Positions 18,252 to 27,565 of a stretch of 64,000 nt of DNA are shown here, piece by piece. The DNA is from a virus (Duplodnaviria > Heunggongvirae > Uroviricota > Caudoviricetes). The DNA is taken from IMG/VR virus record IMGVR_UViG_3300016476_000987, one strand, 5' to 3'. The position numbers were made by a program, and so were the translations under genes. The notes beneath the pieces were generated by a model. It was not told where the DNA came from. It made no database searches and saw nothing but the letters and a program-made list of their open reading frames with translations. The stretch's first letter is position 1, and every line of letters begins with the position of its first letter.

Positions 18252-19097
18252 ATGAAGCTGAAACATAATAAGCTGAGAAACCCTGCAATTTTATTTGAAT
18301 TGCTTGTAAGACAGATTACTACAGACACTCTAAATAATAGAGAATCTAAGTCCGTAGATATTCTAAAGAGGCATTATAATAACACTCAAATTGCTAAAGA
18401 ATTTAAGATTTATAAGACTCTTTATGAGTCAAAAAATCTTAGCGAAGCTAAGGCTTCTATTCTTATAAATGCAGCTATTCAAGCGCATTCTAAACTAAAT
18501 AAGACTACTCTTAGAAAGGCTAAATATGATTTAATAGCTGATATAAAAGAAAATTACAATCTAGAGGAGTTTTTTAAATCTAAAGTAAACAACTATAAGA
18601 CGTTAGCGTCTATTTACATGTTATTTGAAGCGGTAAATTCCGATATAACTGATCCGGAGGTCGAATCTAAATACAGATTTACCATTATGGAAAGTATATG
18701 CGAAAGCCCTAACAAAAATGTAAAAGACAGTTTATTAGAAGAGTATAACTCTTATGATAAAGGAACTAGGTCTCTTGTGTATAAGCTGTTAATTCAAAAG
18801 TTTAATGACAAATATTCTGATTTAGATGACAATCAAAAAGGCTTATTAAAAGAATATATAACAAACATATCTACTTCGGATAGTTTGAGGGAGTATGTAA
18901 ATACTCAAATCAATACAGTAAAAAAAGACATTAAAAAACAAGCAGCGTCTTTAAAAGACGAAGCTAGAAAAGTCAAACTTAATGAGGTTTGTAACTTCAT
19001 AGAGGAAATCCCTGATAATAAACAAGTTTGCGAAAAAGATATACACAATCTCCTTTACTATTACGAGTTATTAAAGGAATTTAGACAAATAAAGTAA
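18252..19097 (+). CDS. Helical head-morphogenesis-region protein
   Basis: Directly downstream of portal; MKLKHNKLRNPAILFELLVRQIT; function not recognised. Confidence 0.5.
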   Translation: MKLKHNKLRNPAILFELLVRQITTDTLNNRESKSVDILKRHYNNTQIAKEFKIYKTLYESKNLSEAKASILINAAIQAHSKLNKTTLRKAKYDLIADIKENYNLEEFFKSKVNNYKTLASIYMLFEAVNSDITDPEVESKYRFTIMESICESPNKNVKDSLLEEYNSYDKGTRSLVYKLLIQKFNDKYSDLDDNQKGLLKEYITNISTSDSLREYVNTQINTVKKDIKKQAASLKDEARKVKLNEVCNFIEEIPDNKQVCEKDIHNLLYYYELLKEFRQIK

Positions 19098-19099
19098 TT

Positions 19100-20671
19100 A
19101 TGTCTTTTAATTTTTATAATTCTATTATTGAAGCAGATACTCAAAAAACCTCTGGGGACTCTGATTATTATATAATGTTTTTGTACAAACAAAAAGGCAA
19201 GCCTACTGAACAAATAGAGATACTAAAAACCCTAACACCAGAACAAGCCAGTAAAATAAAAGATATTGGAAAATTAGGAAAAACTTATTATACGTATACT
19301 ATAGGTCCCGCAAAAAAAAATAAAGAAAAACAAGGCGCTTCTTATACTACATACAATGTAAGCCCTGATAAAACACACCACATTTTAGATAAAAAATTAT
19401 ACAAAGTTATCTATAATAAAAAAGATTTAAATAAAATTTATTTTTTACATACAACAGAGCAAAAGTATAACGAATTATTATCTCAAATATCTTCTAAAAA
19501 GATAGACAAATCTACAATAAAAATAGAAGAAATTAATTTTGAGGACCTTGTAAAAAAAATAAAAAATGAGCCTGTTGGAGAAGATGTTGACTATCTGAAA
19601 TCCCATGCAGATATACAGGATTTAATAAATAAAGAAGCCGGATTAGCGGCAGCAGAAAAAAGAAATACAGCAGTAAAAAAAGAAAAAGAGAAAGCTCCAG
19701 ATTCTATTGATTATGTACAAAAATCTATAGAATTATATGGAGATTTTGATAAAAATATACTAAATCAAGCTGCTAATTTTTTATTTGATAGAAAAAACAT
19801 AAGTCTATTAGATAAAATAATAGATTATCATATAAAATATAACACTCCCACTAGATCAGAGACTGAAAGAAAAGACGATTACAACAGTAGATTACGATCT
19901 ATAGAAATACTAATAGATAGGCTAAATAAAGAGATTAAAGAGGCTAAAGTTAAAGAAGCTGTAATAAAAAGATTTATATTCTTATATGTTATACAAAAAC
20001 ACCCAAAAAGAATTAGTGTAGTTGATAAAATAATAGATGTTTATTCTGGGAAAACTAAAAGCGATTTTAAAAAAGGTATAAAAGGATATACAAAAAAAGA
20101 TTCTGTCAAAGACAAAACCAAAGACGAAAAACCTGTCAAAGACAAAATCAAAGACAAAGTGTCTTCGATATCTCCGGATGAAAAAAAATCTGAGCGTCCA
20201 AACTATTTTGTGTATAGGTTAGATTTAGATGGAAACGAAGTTAAGAAAAGAGAATACATTAGCCCAGAAGAAGTAGAAAGTAGGCTTGCTGCTGCTAAAA
20301 AAAATGAGGAAGAGTACATAAAAGACAAAAAAGAATTTCAAAAATGGTTTAACTGGAAAGGTACTGGAGAAATGCAGAAACCTAATATAAAATCTCCGGA
20401 AAAATATGGAGATATAAGAATAGAAAAAATAGACCAAGTATCAGAAATGTCAGCTACCGGTACTGGAGCTGCTGTTTCTCCTGGGGAAGGAGAGGGGGTA
20501 GCAACTAAATATGCTTTTGCTGGTCCGGGCGGTACAAAAGCAAAAAGAAAAAAAAGTATCGTTCAAAGTGATTCGACAAAAATCATAAAAGCTGATGAAA
20601 GTTATCGAATAAAAAATGACGCAAAGTCGATTTTTTGGGAATCAGTTCGATGGTTAATTAATAATAAATAA
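19100..20671 (+). CDS. Large Lys-rich probable internal head/core protein
   Basis: Leader ...IIE-A; low complexity; short conserved-looking C-terminal EMSATGTG...TKYAF motif. Confidence 0.45.
   Translation: MSFNFYNSIIEADTQKTSGDSDYYIMFLYKQKGKPTEQIEILKTLTPEQASKIKDIGKLGKTYYTYTIGPAKKNKEKQGASYTTYNVSPDKTHHILDKKLYKVIYNKKDLNKIYFLHTTEQKYNELLSQISSKKIDKSTIKIEEINFEDLVKKIKNEPVGEDVDYLKSHADIQDLINKEAGLAAAEKRNTAVKKEKEKAPDSIDYVQKSIELYGDFDKNILNQAANFLFDRKNISLLDKIIDYHIKYNTPTRSETERKDDYNSRLRSIEILIDRLNKEIKEAKVKEAVIKRFIFLYVIQKHPKRISVVDKIIDVYSGKTKSDFKKGIKGYTKKDSVKDKTKDEKPVKDKIKDKVSSISPDEKKSERPNYFVYRLDLDGNEVKKREYISPEEVESRLAAAKKNEEEYIKDKKEFQKWFNWKGTGEMQKPNIKSPEKYGDIRIEKIDQVSEMSATGTGAAVSPGEGEGVATKYAFAGPGGTKAKRKKSIVQSDSTKIIKADESYRIKNDAKSIFWESVRWLINNK
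20103..20158 (+). repeat. 30-bp tandem duplication in coding sequence
   Basis: ctgtcaaagacaaaaccaaagacgaaaaac followed by ctgtcaaagacaaaatcaaagacaaa. Confidence 0.75.
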
Positions 20672-20678
20672 TTAGAAC

Positions 20679-20687
20679 ATATTTATA
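20679..20687 (+). promoter_or_regulatory. Putative late promoter ATATTTATA
   Basis: 3 nt before ATG 20691. Confidence 0.6.
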
Positions 20688-20690
20688 GAC

Positions 20691-23282
20691 ATGACAACGC
20701 AAAATTTATATCAGAAGACTCTAAACGAAGAAATGAGCCCTAGCCAATTTCTGTGGCATGTGCGTAGAGATCCTCAATATAGCTCTATTATTACTAATAC
20801 TATGTCTTTTGAAGACACAATTAATTGTCTAAAGACAAAAGGATTTATATGGGAAGCCAAAGATCAAAGCTCTAATATAAAACCTATGGATTTTTTAGGC
20901 AGTTTTAAAAAATTAACAGAAGCTGCTACTAAAAAGCAAAAGCTAAAAGGAGGAAAAGGCGACAAACTTACTCCCGACCAGGTAAATTATTTCGAGTTTA
21001 CTAAAGGTTGGAAGCATGAGTTGGAGCATACTGATGATATAGATAAAGCTAAAGAGATTGCTTTAGATCATCTTGCTGAAGATCCTATGTATTACACTAG
21101 GCTTCAAATGGTTCAATTTGAAAAAAGTAAAAAAGAAAGGTCTGATTTGCCTATTGATATAAGCAAGAAAAAAGCGTCTGTAAAAGACGAAAAAAATCAG
21201 ATGACTCCTATAAAAAAAGCTAAAAAAGAAAAGCCTAATGTCTCTGATTCCGGAAAGCAAGAGAAAGCTAGGAGTAAAAATGCCGGATTTAAAAAAATGA
21301 AAGGCGGTTCCGGAGAAATGAAATCTCTAAAAGAATCTTTATCTGAGCAATCCGATGAAGATGATTTATTTGGAGATATTGATGTATCTAAATACAAAAA
21401 TGTTATAGATAAGTCTAAAGAACAAAAAAAAAGTAAAGACCCCGCCCCTCCGACAACGACAAGAGGAAAAGACATAGAAACTGCAAGTGCAGCTAAGCCT
21501 AAAGATAAAAAAGCAGATAAACCAAGTATCTCAAGTACCTCAAGTACACCAAAAGAAAAAAAAGATTTAGCTAGTCTAAAAGGAAATTTTGCACTAACTA
21601 CACTAGATAACAGAAGTACAAATGTTTTGGCAGATGCTGTAAGATATAAAAATTTAGTAAACTTATTAAAAAATGAAGATGACCCTACTAATAAATACAA
21701 AAGGTATTTGTCAATAACTCCTTTAGATAAAAATGCAGAAAAAATAGTAAAAGGATACGAAAAAGTAAGAGAGAAAGAAAAACAAGAAAGAATAAAAGCA
21801 GGAGAGGTGCAGGCAGCTATAAGAAGAGGAGAAAAGCCTGTACAAAAGACTAAACAGGCTCCTAAAGTAGATGCTAATAAAATAAAAAAAGAAAAGCCTA
21901 CTACCTATGAAGGAGATCCATATGAGGTGGACTTTTATTCAGATGGAAAAGTAATAAAAAATAAAAATAATACAATCGGATCTAAAATACTATCTAAAAT
22001 TATAGGAGTACCGGAAGAGGCAATAGAGGTAGGAAAAACATATTCTGTAAAAAAGAATATTAAATCCGACAATTTTAAAAATTACTATGTTTATAGTGGA
22101 GGTGATATAGAAGTAAAAGTAGTTAAAAAAATAAATAAAACAGTTTCTCCACAAAAAGTAAAAAGAGAAGAAGATAAAAAAGCCATAGAAAAAATAAAGA
22201 CAGCAATAGAAGATATTGATAATAATCTTCATTATTTCTATAATAAAAACACTAAAGATTTAGCATCATTTTCTGATTTATCTTACGGTCAAGAGTTTGC
22301 TAGAAATAATAGTGGATATGAATATTTAGGATTAGGCACTACGGCTGCTAGTAGGTTAAAAAAAGAAATAAGCGGTTTAATATCTGAAGAAAAGCAGCAA
22401 TCAAAAATTAACGGCATAGAGGTAGTATTTAATATCCAAGATCCTGAGAACTTAAGTGCTATTGAACAAGTAAGAAATACAATTAGTGGCGCTAAATTCA
22501 ATAAAGATAAAAAAGAATTAACTCTTAATATGTCCGGTAAAGGAGATTTAGTCTTTACTGCTGACGCTTCTGGCAAGCCTGTGGGAGTCTATTTTTCTCA
22601 AGGAAAACAATCTGGGGTTTCTAATAAAGTAGTAGACTCTGCTATTAAAGATTCTTTAGATAAAATACTCAAAAAATACTATCCTAAACCTCAAGACCTA
22701 GAAAAGAGTGTTGATAAAGATAAAATATTAGAAGATTACATTCGTAAAATAATCAGAAAGACTCTTAAAGAAGGAGACGAAGGCCCTTTTATAGGATCTA
22801 GCGGTCCTGAAGTTGTAAAAAAAAAGTTAATTGACTATATGCAAAGATATAGTCCTGATTGGAATACGGATCCTAGCCCTAAGCAAAGGGCTGTAGGAGC
22901 CGAATATCAAGGGATTATTGCAAAGTTAGTAGCCGAATTAAACGATCAAGAGCCTGGGCTAGGTACTAGTATTTATAAACAATACACTGGTAAAGTTCTT
23001 AGGGGCGATCAAGCAGATCAAGCTACGCCTCCTCCTCAAACTTTAGCATATGATCCTGCTAAGTTAGTAAGCAGAGGAGGAAGAATAGCTGAAAACGACT
23101 CTTTACCTTCTGAGGACGAAATTGTTAGAGATGCTAAAAGATATAATGATCCTAAATCTCAAGAGTTTAAAAACGCACTTAAAAATCTTCAGGCGCTAAT
23201 CCAAGATTATGGAGAAAAAGGAAAAGATCTGCCTAAAAAAGTTTTAGATGCCTTAAGACAAATGAGCGATATAAATAAATAA
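20691..23282 (+). CDS. Large multi-segment probable head/core protein containing a DUF5661-like domain
   Basis: KGWKHELEHTDDIDKAKEIALDHLAEDPMYYT (DUF5661-like); many L/I-x-E sites; immediately upstream of the prohead protease. Confidence 0.55.
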   Translation: MTTQNLYQKTLNEEMSPSQFLWHVRRDPQYSSIITNTMSFEDTINCLKTKGFIWEAKDQSSNIKPMDFLGSFKKLTEAATKKQKLKGGKGDKLTPDQVNYFEFTKGWKHELEHTDDIDKAKEIALDHLAEDPMYYTRLQMVQFEKSKKERSDLPIDISKKKASVKDEKNQMTPIKKAKKEKPNVSDSGKQEKARSKNAGFKKMKGGSGEMKSLKESLSEQSDEDDLFGDIDVSKYKNVIDKSKEQKKSKDPAPPTTTRGKDIETASAAKPKDKKADKPSISSTSSTPKEKKDLASLKGNFALTTLDNRSTNVLADAVRYKNLVNLLKNEDDPTNKYKRYLSITPLDKNAEKIVKGYEKVREKEKQERIKAGEVQAAIRRGEKPVQKTKQAPKVDANKIKKEKPTTYEGDPYEVDFYSDGKVIKNKNNTIGSKILSKIIGVPEEAIEVGKTYSVKKNIKSDNFKNYYVYSGGDIEVKVVKKINKTVSPQKVKREEDKKAIEKIKTAIEDIDNNLHYFYNKNTKDLASFSDLSYGQEFARNNSGYEYLGLGTTAASRLKKEISGLISEEKQQSKINGIEVVFNIQDPENLSAIEQVRNTISGAKFNKDKKELTLNMSGKGDLVFTADASGKPVGVYFSQGKQSGVSNKVVDSAIKDSLDKILKKYYPKPQDLEKSVDKDKILEDYIRKIIRKTLKEGDEGPFIGSSGPEVVKKKLIDYMQRYSPDWNTDPSPKQRAVGAEYQGIIAKLVAELNDQEPGLGTSIYKQYTGKVLRGDQADQATPPPQTLAYDPAKLVSRGGRIAENDSLPSEDEIVRDAKRYNDPKSQEFKNALKNLQALIQDYGEKGKDLPKKVLDALRQMSDINK

Positions 23283-23285
23283 AAA

Positions 23286-23900
23286 ATGAAATTATTAGAA
23301 TATTATCCTTTATCTCTAAAACAGTCTCTGCTAGAATCTATGCAGCCGGGAAGGCCTATGATTATTCCTGGAGTAGTTCTTCAAAGGGCTAATTCTAAAA
23401 ATAGGAACGGAAGGATATATCCTATGGAAGTTCTAAGAAGAGAAATAGATAAATATATAGAGACTTTTGTAGATCAAAATAGAGCATTAGGAGAATTAGA
23501 CCATTCTCAAGAGAATGTAGTAAATCTAAAAAATGTATCTCATAAAATCAATAAGATTTATTGGGATGGTAATGATGTTTGTGGAGATGTTGAAATATTA
23601 GACGATCCTGAATTTCCTGCCGGTAGAATTGCTGCCGGACTTCTTCGTAGAAAGATTCCTGTGGGAATAAGCTCCAGAGGTATGGGAAGCGTATCAGAAG
23701 GTAAAGACGGTACCTCAATGGTTAATGACGATTTTAATTTATTAACCTTTGATTTAGTATCTTTTGAAAGTACACAAGGGTCAAATATGATGATAAAAGA
23801 AGGAACAGAGATGTTAATTTCTAATCCTTACAAACGAGTTGACGATATTATAAGGGAACTTATATGCAATAATGCAGGATATTGCCCTTGTGATATATAA
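23286..23900 (+). CDS. gp21: Prohead core protease (T4 gp21-like)
   Basis: NRNGRIYP, ALGELDHS (His), GISSRGMGS (Ser), FDLVS. Confidence 0.95.
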   Translation: MKLLEYYPLSLKQSLLESMQPGRPMIIPGVVLQRANSKNRNGRIYPMEVLRREIDKYIETFVDQNRALGELDHSQENVVNLKNVSHKINKIYWDGNDVCGDVEILDDPEFPAGRIAAGLLRRKIPVGISSRGMGSVSEGKDGTSMVNDDFNLLTFDLVSFESTQGSNMMIKEGTEMLISNPYKRVDDIIRELICNNAGYCPCDI

Positions 23901-23950
23901 ATAACTCTAAAAAATAGTTGTGTATATTAATTTTTTTTATTATTAGTTGC

Positions 23951-23959
23951 ATATTTATT
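23951..23959 (+). promoter_or_regulatory. Putative late promoter ATATTTATT for the scaffold-capsid operon
   Basis: Motif variant within the 170-nt intergenic region, inside inverted repeat 23946-23974. Confidence 0.55.
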
Positions 23960-24071
23960 ATAGAAATACGCAACAAATACTCTTTTTTCTTATAAAGAGT
24001 CGTTCAATATAATCAGTATTACTCCTCTCTAATAGGCGTAAATCCAAAAAAAAATTTAAGGAGACTAAAAA

Positions 24072-25082
24072 ATGAAAACAGATTTGCTCAAAGAAGCAAT
24101 CGCTGATGCGGATGCTATTAAACAATTGGCTATTGAAAACGCCAAGGCTTCGTTAAACGAATCTTTTGATTCCAAAATTAAATCCATGCTTGCTGCAAAA
24201 CTACAAGAAGAAGCTGGTATGGAAGATGAGGAACTAGAAGAAACTTATGACGATACCGATGAAGCTATGGATAAGGATGATGAAAAGTCCATGGACGAAA
24301 AAAGAGAAGAAGTTGATCAAGAAGACACTGATGAGTCTTTTGACATCGATGCTATTCTCGCTGAAATGGAAGGCGGAGAAGATGACGAAGATATGAAGCA
24401 TGAAGCTCGTAAGACAGCATCTGCTGATGATGATGATGAGATGGAAGAGCCCAAAGCTCCTAAACGTAAAAGATCGTCTGAAGATGATGACACGGATGAG
24501 CCTAAAGCTCCTAAAGGTAAAAAATCTTCCGCTGACGATGATGACGAAGAAAGCGGAGAAGATCAAATGGAAGAAACCATCGATCTTGATGCTTTGATCG
24601 CTGAAATGATGGGAGAAGCCGAAGAAGATGTGGACAACAAAGACGAGGCTTACAATGATGATGATATGATGGATGAAGGAGATTACATGGATAACGAAGA
24701 TGAAGTTAAAGAAATGAAAGAAGAACTTTATGAAATCAAGCGTCAAGCCAAGCAATTAGCTGCTAAAGTTAATGAAACCAACCTCATCAACGCTAAGCTT
24801 CTTTATCTGAACAAAGTTCTTCGTAATCACACTCTTTCTGAGCAACAGAAGATTAAAGTTGTAGCTGCTTTCGACAAAGCTAGCTCTGTTAAAGAAGCTA
24901 AAATTGTATACGAATCGTTAAATGAAGCTTTGAATATTAAAGTTCAGAATACCAAGACCAGTCTGAAGGAATCTTTAGGCTTTGCTTCTAAGGCTAGCGG
25001 TACTTCTACCAAGCGTGAAATTATCTCTGAGTCTTTTGCAGACAAAGAAAGATGGCAAAAGCTGGCAAACATTAGAAAATAA
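24072..25082 (+). CDS. Prohead scaffold/core protein (T4 gp22-like)
   Basis: Between protease and MCP; very acidic middle with coiled-coil ends; internal 17-aa duplication EPKAPK...DDD (24447 and 24498). Confidence 0.85.
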   Translation: MKTDLLKEAIADADAIKQLAIENAKASLNESFDSKIKSMLAAKLQEEAGMEDEELEETYDDTDEAMDKDDEKSMDEKREEVDQEDTDESFDIDAILAEMEGGEDDEDMKHEARKTASADDDDEMEEPKAPKRKRSSEDDDTDEPKAPKGKKSSADDDDEESGEDQMEETIDLDALIAEMMGEAEEDVDNKDEAYNDDDMMDEGDYMDNEDEVKEMKEELYEIKRQAKQLAAKVNETNLINAKLLYLNKVLRNHTLSEQQKIKVVAAFDKASSVKEAKIVYESLNEALNIKVQNTKTSLKESLGFASKASGTSTKREIISESFADKERWQKLANIRK

Positions 25083-25109
25083 CAACAAAAAACAAAAATT
25101 AGAATTAAA

Positions 25110-26759
25110 ATGAACGTACAATCTCTATTAGAATCCTCTAATCCGTACGCTTCTATGATGACCGAGGCTCAGCGCCTGGTTAAGAAGTGGGGTGAAACGG
25201 GACTTCTCGAAGGTAAAGACCTCGAAAAGACCCAATACGGTAAAGAAAGGATGGCAATCATCCTCGAAAACCAAGCTAAGCAGCTTTTAGTTGAACAATC
25301 CCAAACCGGTACTGGCGGTACTTTTACTGCTGGTCAAGGTGAGCAGTGGGCTGGTGTAGCTCTTCCGCTCGTTCGTAAGATCTTTGCTGAGATCTCTTCG
25401 AAAGAGTTCGTTAGCGTACAGCCGATGACCCTCCCTGCTGGTCTGGTGTTCTTCCTTGAGTTCAAGTATGGTAACAACCAACCCGAAGGCATGGCCGGTG
25501 GTGCTCGTTTCCCGGCTGGTAGCAGCATGTATGGTACCACTAACGTTAAGGACGTAGATCCGACTGGTGGTCTTTATGGTGCTGGCCGTTTTGGCTACTC
25601 CATCAACGAAGCTTCTGCTACGACCATCTTCCAAATCACGACTGCATCGTATGCTGACGTTAACTTTAACAGCCTGTACAGCGCTTCTGTAGCTGCTGAC
25701 AAGATGCGTAAGTTTAGCGTAACTGCTTCTACGACTGCTCTGTCCGGTATGGATACGAATGGTGTTCGTGCTTTCGCTATCACTGGTAGTGGTTTCAACG
25801 AATCCAATACTTTTGCTGAGTTTACTTCCTACGATCCCGTATCGAATGTGCTTTCTTTCGTAGTAAGTGCTTCCGGTGGCGTAGCTACTAGCTCTAGCAT
25901 CTCTGGTACGACTTATTTCCAGAAGCAGCCTACCGATAACAATCGTGGTGACTTCGAAGATACGACTACTCGTCCTCTGACTGGCTCTGCTGCTATTCCG
26001 GAAGTAAACGTAGAAATGCGTTCCGAGCCCGTGGTTGCTAAAACCAGAAAACTGAAAGCTAAATGGACTCCTGAATTCAGCCAAGACCTGAATGCATACC
26101 AGTCTCTGGATGCTGAGGCTGAACTGACCTCTACGCTTTCTGAGTATATCTCTCTGGAAATCGACCTGGAAATCATCGATATGCTTATCGAGAACTCCAA
26201 CACTACGGAATACTGGTCTGCTCAGTCCAATGTATTCTTTACTAAGGCTAATGGTAGCGGTAGCTGGAGCACTCTTGCTGCTGGTTCCGGTGGCTACTAC
26301 AACACGCAAGGTCAGTGGTTCGCAACTCTCGGTACTAAGATCCAGAGCGTTGCTCGTACCATCCACAAGAAGACTCTCCGTGGCCAAGCTAACGTACTCA
26401 TGTGCGGACCTTCTGTAGCAACGATCATCGAATCTATCCCCGGCTATGCCGCTGATACCGATGGTAGCAAAGAAGAGTTTGCAATGGGCTCTCACAAGGC
26501 TGGTCAACTGAATAGCCGTTACAAAGTGTATGTTAACCCGTACATGAATGAGAATATCATTCTGATGGCCTTCAAAGGTAGCCAATTCCTTGAGACTGGT
26601 GCTGCTTTCTGCCCTTATATTCCTCTGATCATGACTCCTCTGCTGTACGATCCTGAGACTTTCACTCCGAGGAAAGGCCTTATGACTCGTTACGCTAAGA
26701 AAATTCTGCGTCCGGAATTCTTCGGTACTGTAGAAGTAGCAGACATTGATAAAGTGTAA
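25110..26759 (+). CDS. gp23: Major capsid protein (T4 gp23-like)
   Basis: VSVQPMTLPAGLVFFL, AKTRKLKAKWT, LSEYISLEIDLEI, FCPYIPL, GLMTRYAK. Confidence 0.97.
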   Translation: MNVQSLLESSNPYASMMTEAQRLVKKWGETGLLEGKDLEKTQYGKERMAIILENQAKQLLVEQSQTGTGGTFTAGQGEQWAGVALPLVRKIFAEISSKEFVSVQPMTLPAGLVFFLEFKYGNNQPEGMAGGARFPAGSSMYGTTNVKDVDPTGGLYGAGRFGYSINEASATTIFQITTASYADVNFNSLYSASVAADKMRKFSVTASTTALSGMDTNGVRAFAITGSGFNESNTFAEFTSYDPVSNVLSFVVSASGGVATSSSISGTTYFQKQPTDNNRGDFEDTTTRPLTGSAAIPEVNVEMRSEPVVAKTRKLKAKWTPEFSQDLNAYQSLDAEAELTSTLSEYISLEIDLEIIDMLIENSNTTEYWSAQSNVFFTKANGSGSWSTLAAGSGGYYNTQGQWFATLGTKIQSVARTIHKKTLRGQANVLMCGPSVATIIESIPGYAADTDGSKEEFAMGSHKAGQLNSRYKVYVNPYMNENIILMAFKGSQFLETGAAFCPYIPLIMTPLLYDPETFTPRKGLMTRYAKKILRPEFFGTVEVADIDKV

Positions 26760-26784
26760 GTTAGGTGTAGGTCAAATATAAATT

Positions 26785-26810
26785 AGCCGGGACTTGTTCC
26801 CGGCTTTTTT
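26785..26810 (+). terminator. Rho-independent terminator after MCP
   Basis: AGCCGGGA-CTTGT-TCCCGGCT followed by a T run. Confidence 0.9.
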
Positions 26811-26842
26811 ATTTATTAACACACTCCAAGTAGATCTGTAAG

Positions 26843-26851
26843 ATATTTATA
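26843..26851 (+). promoter_or_regulatory. Putative late promoter ATATTTATA
   Basis: After the terminator, 14 nt before phoH ATG. Confidence 0.6.
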
Positions 26852-26865
26852 TCAAACTCTTATGT

Positions 26866-27534
26866 ATGATTGATGGATCTGAAGGTAAAAGAAAACCGAA
26901 AAACCCGATTAAGTTTTTAGTACAGCTAAACGAAGAACAGAAACAAGCAAAACAAACAATTTTAGACAGCAAGGTAACAGTAATAAAAGGACAAGCCGGA
27001 TCAGGAAAATCATTAGTTGCAGCACAAGTAGCGTTAGATTTATTATTTAAAAAAGAAGTTGAAAAGATCATACTCTCAAGGCCTGCTGTAAATGCTGGGG
27101 AAGAAATAGGGTTTATGCCTGGAGACAAAGACGCTAAATTAGCCCCTTATACCGCCACTATTTTTGATCAAATGTATAGAATGTATAGTAAAGATAAGAT
27201 AGATAAAGAGATTGCAGAAGGCCATATAGAAGTCATCCCAGTTGGATTTATGAGAGGCCGTAATTTTACAGATTGTTGTGTAGTTATAGATGAAGCACAA
27301 AATGTAACTCAATCACAAACTCAATTATTATTAGGAAGGTTATGTCAAGGATCTAAAATAATTTTTTGTGGAGATACCTCGCAAATAGACTTAAAAGACA
27401 AAAGACAGTCTGGATTTGACTTTATGTGTAAACATTTAAAAGATGTAAATGGTTTTTCAGTAGTAACTTTAAAGACAAATCATAGAGATCCTATAGTAGA
27501 GGAGATTCTTAAAATATATCATGACTTTATGTAA
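26866..27534 (+). CDS. phoH: PhoH-family ATPase
   Basis: GQAGSGKS (Walker A), FMRGRNF, IDEAQN, GDTSQID, NHRDPIV. Confidence 0.95.
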   Translation: MIDGSEGKRKPKNPIKFLVQLNEEQKQAKQTILDSKVTVIKGQAGSGKSLVAAQVALDLLFKKEVEKIILSRPAVNAGEEIGFMPGDKDAKLAPYTATIFDQMYRMYSKDKIDKEIAEGHIEVIPVGFMRGRNFTDCCVVIDEAQNVTQSQTQLLLGRLCQGSKIIFCGDTSQIDLKDKRQSGFDFMCKHLKDVNGFSVVTLKTNHRDPIVEEILKIYHDFM

Positions 27535-27539
27535 GTTTG

Positions 27540-27548
27540 ATATTTATA
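27540..27548 (+). promoter_or_regulatory. Putative late promoter ATATTTATA
   Basis: 17 nt before ATG 27566. Confidence 0.6.
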
Positions 27549-27565
27549 TTTAGTAAAATACTATA

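Noticed and set aside
18224-24071. Phage-encoded ribosomal protein bS21, reported near head genes in some large Bacteroidota phages
   Set aside because: No intergenic space or ORF with a bS21-like sequence was found in this window.
25287-26585. 432-aa minus-strand ORF antisense to the major capsid gene
   Set aside because: Shadow of the biased codon usage of MCP; no start context, promoter or recognisable motif.
14025-26759. Inteins or introns in terL, portal, protease or capsid
   Set aside because: Lengths are normal, frames are uninterrupted, and no intein splice or LAGLIDADG motifs were seen.
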